From positions 1 to 36,152 of IMG/VR virus record IMGVR_UViG_3300017766_000396: DNA of 36,152 bases; one strand, 5' to 3'. Shown one piece after another: positions 23,943-32,885 of this stretch. A program made the position numbers and the translations under genes. Numbering within the stretch: position 1 is the stretch's first letter; each line of letters starts with the position of its first letter. The notes under the pieces were generated by a model, which did not search any database, was not told where the DNA came from, and saw nothing but the letters and a program-made list of their open reading frames with translations. This stretch comes from a virus (lineage: Duplodnaviria; Caudoviricetes).

Positions 23943-25031
23943 TTATCTTGCGTTAGCGTATTTAAATGGGTTTTCAGCAAATGCCATGTATATGTAAGTG
24001 CTTCCGTTTTGGTTGTAATCAGAGCTAGTTGTTCTTAATTTGAAGCCATTTGATAGAGCATCAATATTAATTGTTGTAGCTTCTGCCGAATTACTATTAG
24101 GATACAAAACAGAATTCATAACATTGTAAGTATTTCTTGATGTATCTTGTGTAACCCAATAACTACCAGCAATTGATGAAGATTTAATCATTACAAATTT
24201 AGGTCTAAAACCTGTATATACAAAAGTACCATCAGTAGAGCCATTTCCTGTATAACTATTAAATTGACTAAAGCCAGCTATTTCTGCCCAGCAATAAGCT
24301 ACAGCAGCACTATTAGCAACTAATGTTACATCGCCTCTAATTCCAAATACTGTCGAAGTGGGTAAAGCATCGCCCCAAATTTGACTTAATGTAGTTAAAG
24401 CACTTGTATCATTTAATCTTAAAAACTGGTTTACATTGGTAACAACGGCAGAAGAATAAACAACCCAATTTGATTCTGAGGCTGAATTTTTTACAATTAT
24501 TAATTTAGGTGTAACTCCTAAACCATGACCAACTGTTCCATTGGTATTTACACCAGTAGCTGTAAAGGTAACAATACTAAACCCAGCAGTAGCATTAACA
24601 CTTACTGTGCTTGTTTGAGAACCAGCAGTATTAGTTGATGTAGTGCCTTGTCCAGCTTGCCATTGCCATGCAACATAGGTGTAACCTGATTCGTTTTGCC
24701 AGTAAGCTGGCGCACTACCATTTGCAAGGGTAAAGCCATTGCTATTAAGTGTTGTAATTCCACCTTGAGATGCTGGCAATACTGCACCACCCACATTTTG
24801 TGCGTAAGTAGCATCAGAATAAAGGTTATTGTAATAACCACTTGTCTGCCCACGAACAGAATCGCTAAGAATATTTAAATACCCTGATGCTGGATTTGTT
24901 CTTGATTTAGTCCACACCAAGTCAGGCTTAAATCCGCCAGCATTAACAATGTTTTGCGTAGAACTTGTGCCAGTATAAGTAGTAGCATCCATTACTGTCC
25001 GACCATTAGGAATTGCGTATGTAGTTGGCAT
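23943..25031 (-). CDS. Tail-fibre distal / receptor-binding domain protein
   Basis: Repeated YTG.G, FKPDLVWTKSR, VGHGLGVTPKLIIVK, YTGFRPKFVMIK and YIYMAFAENPFKYANAR. Confidence 0.75.
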   Translation of the reverse strand: MPTTYAIPNGRTVMDATTYTGTSSTQNIVNAGGFKPDLVWTKSRTNPASGYLNILSDSVRGQTSGYYNNLYSDATYAQNVGGAVLPASQGGITTLNSNGFTLANGSAPAYWQNESGYTYVAWQWQAGQGTTSTNTAGSQTSTVSVNATAGFSIVTFTATGVNTNGTVGHGLGVTPKLIIVKNSASESNWVVYSSAVVTNVNQFLRLNDTSALTTLSQIWGDALPTSTVFGIRGDVTLVANSAAVAYCWAEIAGFSQFNSYTGNGSTDGTFVYTGFRPKFVMIKSSSIAGSYWVTQDTSRNTYNVMNSVLYPNSNSAEATTINIDALSNGFKLRTTSSDYNQNGSTYIYMAFAENPFKYANAR

Positions 25032-25035
25032 AGTC

Positions 25036-27960
25036 TTATAGGTTGTAAGTGTTAAGAGCTACAAAGCCTGTAGGAGGAGTATAGACAAATGGTTGCTGAC
25101 CAAAATTAATTGTTGGAGCATCAGCAGCAGATGAACCAGCAACAGCCGAAACAGGAAAATAAGTAGCCGTTGTTAATCCAGTAAATGCAACACCCTGGCT
25201 TGTATTATTTTTGTAATAAGTAAGCGTTCCAGCATCAGCATCAAAAGCAACACCAATTAAATCGCCTGTTGTATAAGTAGCTCCGTAAGCTGTTCCCACA
25301 TTATTATTGTATTTATTGCCGTTGTATTGATAGCCCCATCCGTAAGCATCAGTTCCAAGACCTGAACTTGTTGAAGCTGCCTGTGAAGTTGCAATGCCTA
25401 CAGAAGCTGCTGGAGTATTTGATGTGTAAATCCATTCAAAATAATACTTACCAGTTGTAGGATAAGCCATTGATGCACGATTTACTGTCCAGCCTGAACT
25501 AGAGTAAACACGCAGATTTCCATTGTCTACAGTAGCATTTGTGCCTTTATCCAAAGGATTTATAACTGGATAATTAGCTACAGTTGCACTTGTTAATGTA
25601 GGAACATCAGTCATTGGATCATAGGTTGCACCAGCAGTTACGCTAATGTTATTAGTAGCCCAGTTGTTACCCATTGGGCTAAAGTCATAGCCTAAAGTAG
25701 TTGTGGATGCTGTATTGCTAAATGGCAAATAAAAGCCGTTAGTGCCGTATGAACCAGCATAGGTAATTGGTTGCCATACTCCATAGCTATTAAATGTACC
25801 AAAGCTATTAGGTGTTAATGCTTGACCATCTATAAATTGAACATTGCTTAAATAACCATCAAAATTACCTGCTGGCATTGTTTGATTTAAATATCTAGCA
25901 ATATAGTGACCAGCTACTGAGTTAAATGCTGTATCTGTATTTTGAGCCAAATAATCACTTCCAGTAAATGTTTGCTGAACACCATTCACATATAGTTTAG
26001 TTCTATTAGATGCTGTTGCTTGTGTAGTGTCCATTGCCAAAACAACATGATACCAAGCTGAAGGATCACGAAATACTGCGTTGGTTGTTAAACCTGATGC
26101 CTGACCAGCCCCATAAAAACGAATAGTATCGGCAGAAAGAAACGCAATAGAATCTTCATTCCCACCTGAAGCAACCGATTCAAGAGCTTGTAATGAACCC
26201 AAAACACCTCTTTTAACCCAGCCACTCCATGTCCAAGTTTTGCGATTGCCTGTTGTTGTTGGAGTGCGAGATAAATAAGCGGAATTGCTTTGACGGAATC
26301 TTAAAGAATTGCCAATGTAAGTTAATGGAGTCAAGTAGCCTGAACTTGTGAAAGTATGGATTACATTGCCACCAGCTAGAGTTACTGTGCCACCAGCCAT
26401 TTGCTGAGTAGAGCCAGGGTAACTAATAATTACAATGCCTGAACCGCCAGCACCGCCTGAAATATATCCGCCTCTTGATCCACCACCGCCTGAACCTAAA
26501 TTGGCAGTTCCAGCAGTTCCAGCACCAGTACCTGATCCATCACCGCCTCCGCCAGTACCGCCAGTTCCGCCAGTTCCAGTACGGCCTGAAAGATAAAATC
26601 CAGCACCTCCGCCTCCACCGCCAGCATAGGTTACGCTACTGCCACTTATTGAAGAAGCTGCGCCATTTCCACCATTTCCACCTTGACTTGTAGATCCTGC
26701 ACCACCTACAGCACCAGCACCGCCACCGCCTCCTGCACCAGTATTTCCTGCACTTGTGCCAGCACCACCAGCATTACCTTGGCTAGTAGTAGCAGATCCT
26801 CCAGTTGTAGTAGTTGCTCCACCGCCACCGCCACCTGAACCACCAGTAGCTCCATTGTCGCTAGAGTTTGTATATCCACCGCTACCACCACCTACTGAAG
26901 CTGTGGCATAAGCACTAAATACAGAGTTTGAGCCTGAAGATGCTGCTGTAGCACCGCCAGCACCAACTGTAACCACATATATTGAGTTTGTATCAACATC
27001 TAAATCTGATCCTGATAACATTCCTCCTGCACCACCACCACCAGCAGCAAATCCACCTGAAGTATCAGTTCCACCAGCACCACCACCAGCCAATATTAAA
27101 TAACTTACTGTTAATGTGCTTAAAGGAACTAAGCTGCCTGAAGTTGTAAAGGTATGAATAGTTGAGCCGCCAACAGATGTGACTATACCGCCACCAAATT
27201 GTTGCACTCCAACATAAGAAATAATTACCACTCCTGATCCGCCATTACCGCCACTAGGAGGAGTTCCGCTACTAAAACCAGCAGCACCATTACCACCATT
27301 TCCTAAACTAGCAGTTCCAGCAGTACCTGAAGCTGCACCTGAACTTGCTCCTCCAGTACCACCAGTAGAATAAGTTACAGATGAACCTGAAATACTTGAT
27401 GCTGTGCCTGTGCCTCCAGCACCTCCTGTGCCTGTGCCGCTACCTACTGCACCACCAGCACCACTTGCACCTCCGCCTCCGCCTCCGCCTGTGTTAGAAG
27501 CATCTGTGGAATTTCCGCCAGCATTGCCTTGCCCACTTGGAGAAGCTGAACCGCCAGTTGCATTTGTATCTGCACAACCACCACCGCCTGATCCGCCTGA
27601 AGCAGCAACCTGGTTTGAAGTTGCACCTGATCCGCCACCAGTTGATGTGACAGCATTGAATACTGAGTTAGATCCGTTTGTAGGCTGAGTTCCTGTAGAT
27701 GGATAAGCAATTCCTACTCCACCTGATCCACCAGCACCAATTGTAACTGTATAAGTTACACCTAGGCTTAAAGATGTTGTTCCAGTTTGATAACCACCAG
27801 CACCTCCACCGCCCATACCTCTTGAATTTAAATTGCCAAAGTTTTGTCCACCACCTCCGCCACCAGCTACGATTAAATAAGTAGCATTAACTCCAGCAGC
27901 CCCAGCACTAAAGCCAAAGGCAGATAGACAAGCAGTACCAAATTTGGATAAACGAGGCAT
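25036..27960 (-). CDS. Large tail fibre: two Gly-rich domains, LamG/concanavalin-like lectin and SPRY-like domain
   Basis: Two YLI.AGGG..GG...IHTFT.SG repeats; SLRF...WTWSGWVKRG...FRDPSAWYHVV...FDGYLS; GKYYFE...GDLIGVAFDADAG. Confidence 0.82.
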   Translation of the reverse strand: MPRLSKFGTACLSAFGFSAGAAGVNATYLIVAGGGGGGQNFGNLNSRGMGGGGAGGYQTGTTSLSLGVTYTVTIGAGGSGGVGIAYPSTGTQPTNGSNSVFNAVTSTGGGSGATSNQVAASGGSGGGGCADTNATGGSASPSGQGNAGGNSTDASNTGGGGGGGASGAGGAVGSGTGTGGAGGTGTASSISGSSVTYSTGGTGGASSGAASGTAGTASLGNGGNGAAGFSSGTPPSGGNGGSGVVIISYVGVQQFGGGIVTSVGGSTIHTFTTSGSLVPLSTLTVSYLILAGGGAGGTDTSGGFAAGGGGAGGMLSGSDLDVDTNSIYVVTVGAGGATAASSGSNSVFSAYATASVGGGSGGYTNSSDNGATGGSGGGGGGATTTTGGSATTSQGNAGGAGTSAGNTGAGGGGGAGAVGGAGSTSQGGNGGNGAASSISGSSVTYAGGGGGGAGFYLSGRTGTGGTGGTGGGGDGSGTGAGTAGTANLGSGGGGSRGGYISGGAGGSGIVIISYPGSTQQMAGGTVTLAGGNVIHTFTSSGYLTPLTYIGNSLRFRQSNSAYLSRTPTTTGNRKTWTWSGWVKRGVLGSLQALESVASGGNEDSIAFLSADTIRFYGAGQASGLTTNAVFRDPSAWYHVVLAMDTTQATASNRTKLYVNGVQQTFTGSDYLAQNTDTAFNSVAGHYIARYLNQTMPAGNFDGYLSNVQFIDGQALTPNSFGTFNSYGVWQPITYAGSYGTNGFYLPFSNTASTTTLGYDFSPMGNNWATNNISVTAGATYDPMTDVPTLTSATVANYPVINPLDKGTNATVDNGNLRVYSSSGWTVNRASMAYPTTGKYYFEWIYTSNTPAASVGIATSQAASTSSGLGTDAYGWGYQYNGNKYNNNVGTAYGATYTTGDLIGVAFDADAGTLTYYKNNTSQGVAFTGLTTATYFPVSAVAGSSAADAPTINFGQQPFVYTPPTGFVALNTYNL

Positions 27961-28983
27961 TTATGAGAATTTAGTTTGTGAGGCCAATACTGTGTAAGTA
28001 GCTGACCCAGTTTTAATAATGACATAGTTATAAACATCAACGGCACTTGCGTTTCCGCTTGTAGGAGCAGAACCTTGCCATTTTGTAGTAACACCTGAAG
28101 TAGTGCCATCAATCTGAACAGCAGAGTTGTAATAAGCAGTAGCACCTTGAGTTACGGCAAAAGACAAACAAAGTGTATCGTTTGTAGCCATTACAGTATT
28201 CAAAGAAGTGCCGCTAGAGCCCCTGAAATTAACAGTCCAGTTAGCTGAAGCATTGCTTGTGTAATACAAAACTGACTGAGTTGTTACATCATAGTTAATA
28301 GTGCCAGTTGCAGCAGTAGCTGAAACAGTTGAAGGCTCTGCAATGTTTGGTGTTTTAAACCCATAAGCACTTGATGTGCCAGCCATATTAGCTGAAATAA
28401 GGCTTAAAAGACCAGTAGAAGGGTTAATGCTAACCTTTGTAGAACCAGTATTAATAGTAGAAATACTACCGCTTGTGGCACTTGTAAAGGTTAAATAACG
28501 GCTTGCATTGGTTGTTGTGTCATCCGCAACAGTAATGCCAGTAGCGGCAGTAGTCCATGTAGGAGCAGAAGATCCATTGCTGGTTAAAAACTGACCAGTT
28601 GTGCCATTTGCTATAAAAGCTGTAACTCCAGCAGCACTTTGATAAGGAATTTGACTTGCAGCACCACCAGCTAATGCAGTAGATAAAGAAGCAGTTCCAG
28701 TTACATTACCAATAAAGCTTGTTGCTGACAATGCGCCTGTAGACGGATTAAAGATTAACTTTGAAGAAGTAACATTTAACGCAGTTGTATTACCTGAATC
28801 AATATCGCTAAAAGTTACATAATAAGAATCGTTATTAGTCGTATTATTAATGCCAAGACTTGTAACTCCACCTACAGTAAATGGAACTCCTTGACCTACA
28901 AAAGTGTTAAAACTTCCATCTTGATTAAAGTAAGCCTGGACAGGAAGTAGATTTTGAACTGTAGAATTAGCTGGACTTGACAT
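27961..28983 (-). CDS. Ser/Thr-rich tail-fibre-like structural protein
   Basis: Two ...Y.TF....SG....N..S.K...NPSTG.LS repeats; ends DVYNYVIIKTGSATYTVLASQTKF. Confidence 0.7.
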   Translation of the reverse strand: MSSPANSTVQNLLPVQAYFNQDGSFNTFVGQGVPFTVGGVTSLGINNTTNNDSYYVTFSDIDSGNTTALNVTSSKLIFNPSTGALSATSFIGNVTGTASLSTALAGGAASQIPYQSAAGVTAFIANGTTGQFLTSNGSSAPTWTTAATGITVADDTTTNASRYLTFTSATSGSISTINTGSTKVSINPSTGLLSLISANMAGTSSAYGFKTPNIAEPSTVSATAATGTINYDVTTQSVLYYTSNASANWTVNFRGSSGTSLNTVMATNDTLCLSFAVTQGATAYYNSAVQIDGTTSGVTTKWQGSAPTSGNASAVDVYNYVIIKTGSATYTVLASQTKFS

Positions 28984-28992
28984 AATTTAGCC

Positions 28993-29496
28993 TTAACTTG
29001 CAGTATGCAATATAGAATAATTCAAAGAAACTGCTTCGCTATACGCATTATTTGTGCTGTTTTTAATTACCACACTAAATGAACCATCACCAATAGAAGC
29101 AATAAATACATTATATGCACCCAATGTGCCGCCTGAAGCAATAGAACAAATTACATTATCATCTGCACTTATTGAGCTATTTGTAACAATAAAAACAGCT
29201 TGTGCAGAAGGAGCTAATTGACTGCTTGCAGTAACAATTTTTCCTGATGAAGTGTTTATTGTCACACCAGTAGATTTGTTATTTGTTTGCGTTACAGTAG
29301 CAAAGTTTCCTGAAGCATAACCAATAGTTGAAGTCGCTTGAATAACTTCCGCAGTAACAGTTGTGGCATTGATGGGGCAAGAAATTTCATTTCCACCCTG
29401 CCCAAAAAGACCTAAACAGTTGCCATCTGCATCATATTTAGCCTGAACTGGCAATAAATTAGTTGAACTAGTGCTTGCAACTTGGTTTGAGCTCAT
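28993..29496 (-). CDS. Minor structural protein
   Basis: Beta-rich; VTQTNNKSTGVTIN..SGKI; N-terminus resembles that of the downstream gene. Confidence 0.65.
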   Translation of the reverse strand: MSSNQVASTSSTNLLPVQAKYDADGNCLGLFGQGGNEISCPINATTVTAEVIQATSTIGYASGNFATVTQTNNKSTGVTINTSSGKIVTASSQLAPSAQAVFIVTNSSISADDNVICSIASGGTLGAYNVFIASIGDGSFSVVIKNSTNNAYSEAVSLNYSILHTAS

Positions 29497-29825
29497 TAGT
29501 TAATTCCTTCACCTGGAGTAATTTCTACAGATGCTGCGCTTGCAATAAACCAAGCATTAGGAGGAATTCCAGCAAAAACAGCTACTCCGTTAGCAGGAAT
29601 AGACAAAGTATTTGCAGAAGGAACACCAGCAGTAGGAGCAGTAACGACAGGAGTAGAAGTGCCATCAAAAGGTTCTTGTGGTTGCCAGCTAATGCGTACA
29701 AGGCTAGAAGTCAAATTAACAATACGATAGCCAGTTGGATACATATTGTTGCTAGTCGTAACTTGAACAGCAGATGTGCCGACCAAATAGGTAGATCCAA
29801 ATGGAGTAAATGCTGAGTTATACAT
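29496..29825 (-). CDS. Small beta-rich structural protein
   Basis: AAGGA RBS; ends EITPGEGIN; lies in the head module. Confidence 0.7.
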   Translation of the reverse strand: MYNSAFTPFGSTYLVGTSAVQVTTSNNMYPTGYRIVNLTSSLVRISWQPQEPFDGTSTPVVTAPTAGVPSANTLSIPANGVAVFAGIPPNAWFIASAASVEITPGEGIN

Positions 29826-29870
29826 TCTTTTTTCCTTATAAAAAGGTCAATTCATTATATGTTATTTAAG

Positions 29871-29898
29871 AAAAAAAGCCACGCTTTTTGGGCATGGC
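29871..29898 (-). terminator. Intrinsic terminator
   Basis: Minus strand GCCATGC-CCAAAAA-GCGTGGC followed by TTTTTTT. Confidence 0.75.
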
Positions 29899-29922
29899 CT
29901 TTTCCTTTTACATCAGCTTTAT

Positions 29923-30366
29923 TTAAGCAGATACGCTAAAGTCGTAACCATAAACATAAACATCAAAAGTCGCACCAGCTACAGCAGTAGTTAGTGGAGC
30001 AGTAACATTTAAATAGAGGTTTTGAACAGTTGTTGCAGCAGTTTGTGCAGTAGGAGCAACCAAAGAAACACCTACAACAGAAGCTAAGTTAGCGGCTGTA
30101 ATTGCACCATACAAGCTAGAACCGCCTGAAGTTGTTGCTACACCCATAGCTAAACCAGTAGGTGTAACTGCTGCACCTGACAGATTTAGGTTAGTAACGA
30201 TCAAGCTTTGTGGCAAAAATACAGAGCTATTAACTACTTGCATTGGATAGCTTGCAATAGCGTTAGCGTTTACATTCTTAATAGTAGCGATCAAGCGCAG
30301 GGTTTGGCTTGTCGTTACATTTGAAGGATGCGAACTAGTGGTAACTGCTGGGCCTGGATTAGACAT
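29923..30366 (-). CDS. Putative capsid decoration protein
   Basis: Ala/Thr/Val-rich 147 aa directly after the coat gene; ends ATFDVYVYGYD. Confidence 0.6.
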   Translation of the reverse strand: MSNPGPAVTTSSHPSNVTTSQTLRLIATIKNVNANAIASYPMQVVNSSVFLPQSLIVTNLNLSGAAVTPTGLAMGVATTSGGSSLYGAITAANLASVVGVSLVAPTAQTAATTVQNLYLNVTAPLTTAVAGATFDVYVYGYDFSVSA

Positions 30367-30388
30367 AATTATTTCCTTTTAAATATTT

Positions 30389-30413
30389 AAAAAGGAAGGG
30401 CTTTCGCCCCTCC
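30389..30413 (-). terminator. Intrinsic terminator after the major capsid gene
   Basis: GGAGGGGC-GAAA-GCCCTTCC followed by TTTTT. Confidence 0.85.
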
Positions 30414-30417
30414 ATTA

Positions 30418-31692
30418 TTAAGCCGCAACTCGGCAAGCAAGTTCTTGATAGAGTGGGGCCCAGCCGTACAGCACATCAACTCGAGTAGGAATAGAATCGT
30501 TGTTAATGGTGTATTGACGAACTACACGCATTGACAGACCAATTTCCTTGTCTGATGCACGACCAGCAAAATGAACACCTTCAGGCAATTCCAAGTCAGC
30601 CATAGCCAAAGTAAACGCATTTTTGTGCATTACGATGTTCTGTGGAGAAACTACACCTGATCCGCTTGCATTGTATTGGCTTGCAAAGAAGGCAACAGCA
30701 GCAGTAGAGCTAGTTGTAGGAATTGACACATTTTGGAACTGACCGCCTGAAATAACAGCAGGAGAAACAGTAACAGAAACGCTAGAACCTGAAGCAACTG
30801 AAACAGCAGATTTAACTACGAATGAACGCAGTTTGTTTGTGCCGTAAGCTTGACGATTCTGTGGGTTTACTGCATATACACCAGCAATAGTGAAAGTGTC
30901 ACCAGCGTTCAAGTTGATAGTACCAGTATTGGCGGCTGTCAAAGTGATTGTGGACTGTGAAGCCCAGCCTGATGTCAAGAAACCAGTTGCAGTTGTAGTG
31001 TTTACAGATGCTGTAACAGTATTGGTTGAAAAGTTACCAAAAGTTTGTGAAACGATGTTTTGGTCAAGCTTCCAGTTCATACCGCCTGAATCACGACCCA
31101 TCAAGCCCTTGGTGTATTGGCTAGAGATTTGAGTTGTAGGAACAAACAAACCTTTTAAGCTGTCTACGATAGTAGCTGATGTGAACGGCTCAACGATACA
31201 GCTTCTACGACCATCACGAGGTGCACCTTCAGAATCCAAGTAAGCTTGGGCATTCAAATAAGTGAGCAAAGATGTTGGAGGAGTACCAGCAGTACCAACG
31301 ATGTTAGCTGTGTTCAAGTTAGCAGTAGTTGTGCCGTCAAAGTCAATTTTGTTGGCAATAGCAGCTACGGCTGGCTTCAGAATACGATCAGAGAACATAT
31401 CCAAAGACAAAGCTAAGTCTTGAGTTGTGAATTGTGTATCCACATGGAACTGAGTTGAAAGAGTTACAGGAACTGAAGTTTCGTTCAAGTCCTCAACATT
31501 CAAAGCAGGGCCAGTAGTACCAATGAAACGACCAGGTCTACGGACATTGACTGTTGCGCCAATTTTTGCGCCAACTACAGCAAATTGGTCATCGTAGTTA
31601 CGATCTACTTCAGAAGAAAATGTTAATTCGTTTTCGAGAACCATCAACGCTTCGTTGGTGATTTTCGAGATAGTTAATAGCGTATTTGCCAT
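30418..31692 (-). CDS. Major capsid protein, P22 gp5-like
   Basis: MANTLLTISKITNEALMVLENEL, KIGATVNVRRP, GDTFTIAGVYAVNP and RVDVLYGWAPLY.ELACR. Confidence 0.92.
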   Translation of the reverse strand: MANTLLTISKITNEALMVLENELTFSSEVDRNYDDQFAVVGAKIGATVNVRRPGRFIGTTGPALNVEDLNETSVPVTLSTQFHVDTQFTTQDLALSLDMFSDRILKPAVAAIANKIDFDGTTTANLNTANIVGTAGTPPTSLLTYLNAQAYLDSEGAPRDGRRSCIVEPFTSATIVDSLKGLFVPTTQISSQYTKGLMGRDSGGMNWKLDQNIVSQTFGNFSTNTVTASVNTTTATGFLTSGWASQSTITLTAANTGTINLNAGDTFTIAGVYAVNPQNRQAYGTNKLRSFVVKSAVSVASGSSVSVTVSPAVISGGQFQNVSIPTTSSTAAVAFFASQYNASGSGVVSPQNIVMHKNAFTLAMADLELPEGVHFAGRASDKEIGLSMRVVRQYTINNDSIPTRVDVLYGWAPLYQELACRVAA

Positions 31693-31721
31693 GATTTAAA
31701 TCTCCAAAAAAATTAGGTTTA

Positions 31722-32648
31722 TCAGCGTATCCGATTAGCTTTTCGAGCAGCTTTCCATTGGGCATATGAGCCGTAGAATTCACCATTGGTGTCTACAAGC
31801 ACATCTGCTCCAGCAGATTTACCACCCTTTAATGGGCTAATTGGTGCTGGTGCTTTACTTTGAGTAACAGTTTTTGCTTTAACTTCAGGCTTTTCATCTT
31901 GGGCCTCAAATCTAGCTTCCAAACGACCAATCTCTTTAAGAGCTTTGATAGCTGGCATTTTTGACAAGGATTCAGCGTATTCATCATCAGAAGCCAAGTG
32001 GTAAAGGATTTGTGCTCCAACATCTGATTCAATGATTGCATCACGCACAGCATCACTTACAACTGTGGTGCTACTGGCTACAATTTCATCAAAATCAGGC
32101 ATAGAACTCTTTGCCTTTGCTACTTTTTGATTCCAATTCTCAATTACTTTATTGCGTTCTTCATCAGCTTTACGCTGTGATTCGGCAATGTCCCTATCTC
32201 TTAATGCTTTTTCAGCACTCCATTCCGCTAATGCTTCTGCATATTCAAAAGCATCATTGAACTGGCTTGCTTGTGGCTTGTCATCAACATTAGCTGTTTG
32301 GGCTATAGGTTGAGGATTTGCCCTTGCTTCAACTTCTCTTAAACGCTGTTCTAAGGCATTTGCACGATCTTCAGCTTCCTGAGCTCGCTTAGTTACTTTA
32401 GAAAAACGCTTTTCTAACTTGTCTTTCGGCTTTTCTGATTCCTCTGCTGCATCCTCTGCCTTCGGTTCACTCGAAGATTCCTCAGTCCCTGGCTCTGAAT
32501 CAGCGTTTTCCTCTACAGGAGCATCAACTGTTTCAGCCGCAGTTTCTTCAGGAGAATCCGCTAAACCTAATCTTTCTGCATAAAATTCTGCCGCATTACC
32601 ACTAGTTACTACATTGCTTGCTTCTCTTACTTCATTGACTTCGGCCAT
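31722..32648 (-). CDS. Scaffolding protein
   Basis: Acidic N-terminus and coiled coil between portal and coat; EIGRLEA..., KAPAPISPL and basic C-terminus. Confidence 0.82.
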   Translation of the reverse strand: MAEVNEVREASNVVTSGNAAEFYAERLGLADSPEETAAETVDAPVEENADSEPGTEESSSEPKAEDAAEESEKPKDKLEKRFSKVTKRAQEAEDRANALEQRLREVEARANPQPIAQTANVDDKPQASQFNDAFEYAEALAEWSAEKALRDRDIAESQRKADEERNKVIENWNQKVAKAKSSMPDFDEIVASSTTVVSDAVRDAIIESDVGAQILYHLASDDEYAESLSKMPAIKALKEIGRLEARFEAQDEKPEVKAKTVTQSKAPAPISPLKGGKSAGADVLVDTNGEFYGSYAQWKAARKANRIR

Positions 32649-32678
32649 GATTTCTCAAGCTCCTAGTTATTACCACCG

Positions 32679-32707
32679 ATTAAAATACTAAATTCTTTAT
32701 TTGTCAA
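32679..32707 (-). promoter_or_regulatory. Sigma70-type promoter for scaffold/capsid genes
   Basis: TTGACA-17 nt-TTTAAT upstream of AGGAG and the scaffold ATG. Confidence 0.6.
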
Positions 32708-32874
32708 TTATCTTCTAATAATGACTTAATTTCATCTTGATGCTTTTTAAGCTCATCAGCGGTCATTCCGTCATAAATGCTTTTAGGCTGGTCAGGCTCA
32801 TATTTCTTACCAGCCCTTTTAGCCAATTCTTTCATTTTCCATTCCAAGACATTACTTCCAGTTAATGTAGGCAT
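32704..32874 (-). CDS. Small hypothetical protein (56 aa) between portal and scaffold
   Basis: GGAG RBS; MPTLTGSNVLEWKMKELAKRAGKKYEPDQPK...; not in the track. Confidence 0.72.
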   Translation of the reverse strand: MPTLTGSNVLEWKMKELAKRAGKKYEPDQPKSIYDGMTADELKKHQDEIKSLLEDN

Positions 32875-32885
32875 ATTTTCTCCGA

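Noticed and set aside
26475-27710. Pro-rich and His/Gln-rich track ORFs (e.g. 27404..27688, 26475..26693)
   Set aside because: They are antisense or off-frame shadows of poly-Gly codons in the fibre gene
22415-27960. Diversity-generating retroelement, invertible fibre cassette or CRISPR array
   Set aside because: No reverse transcriptase or recombinase gene; the repeats are degenerate protein-level repeats, not TR/VR pairs or repeat-spacer units
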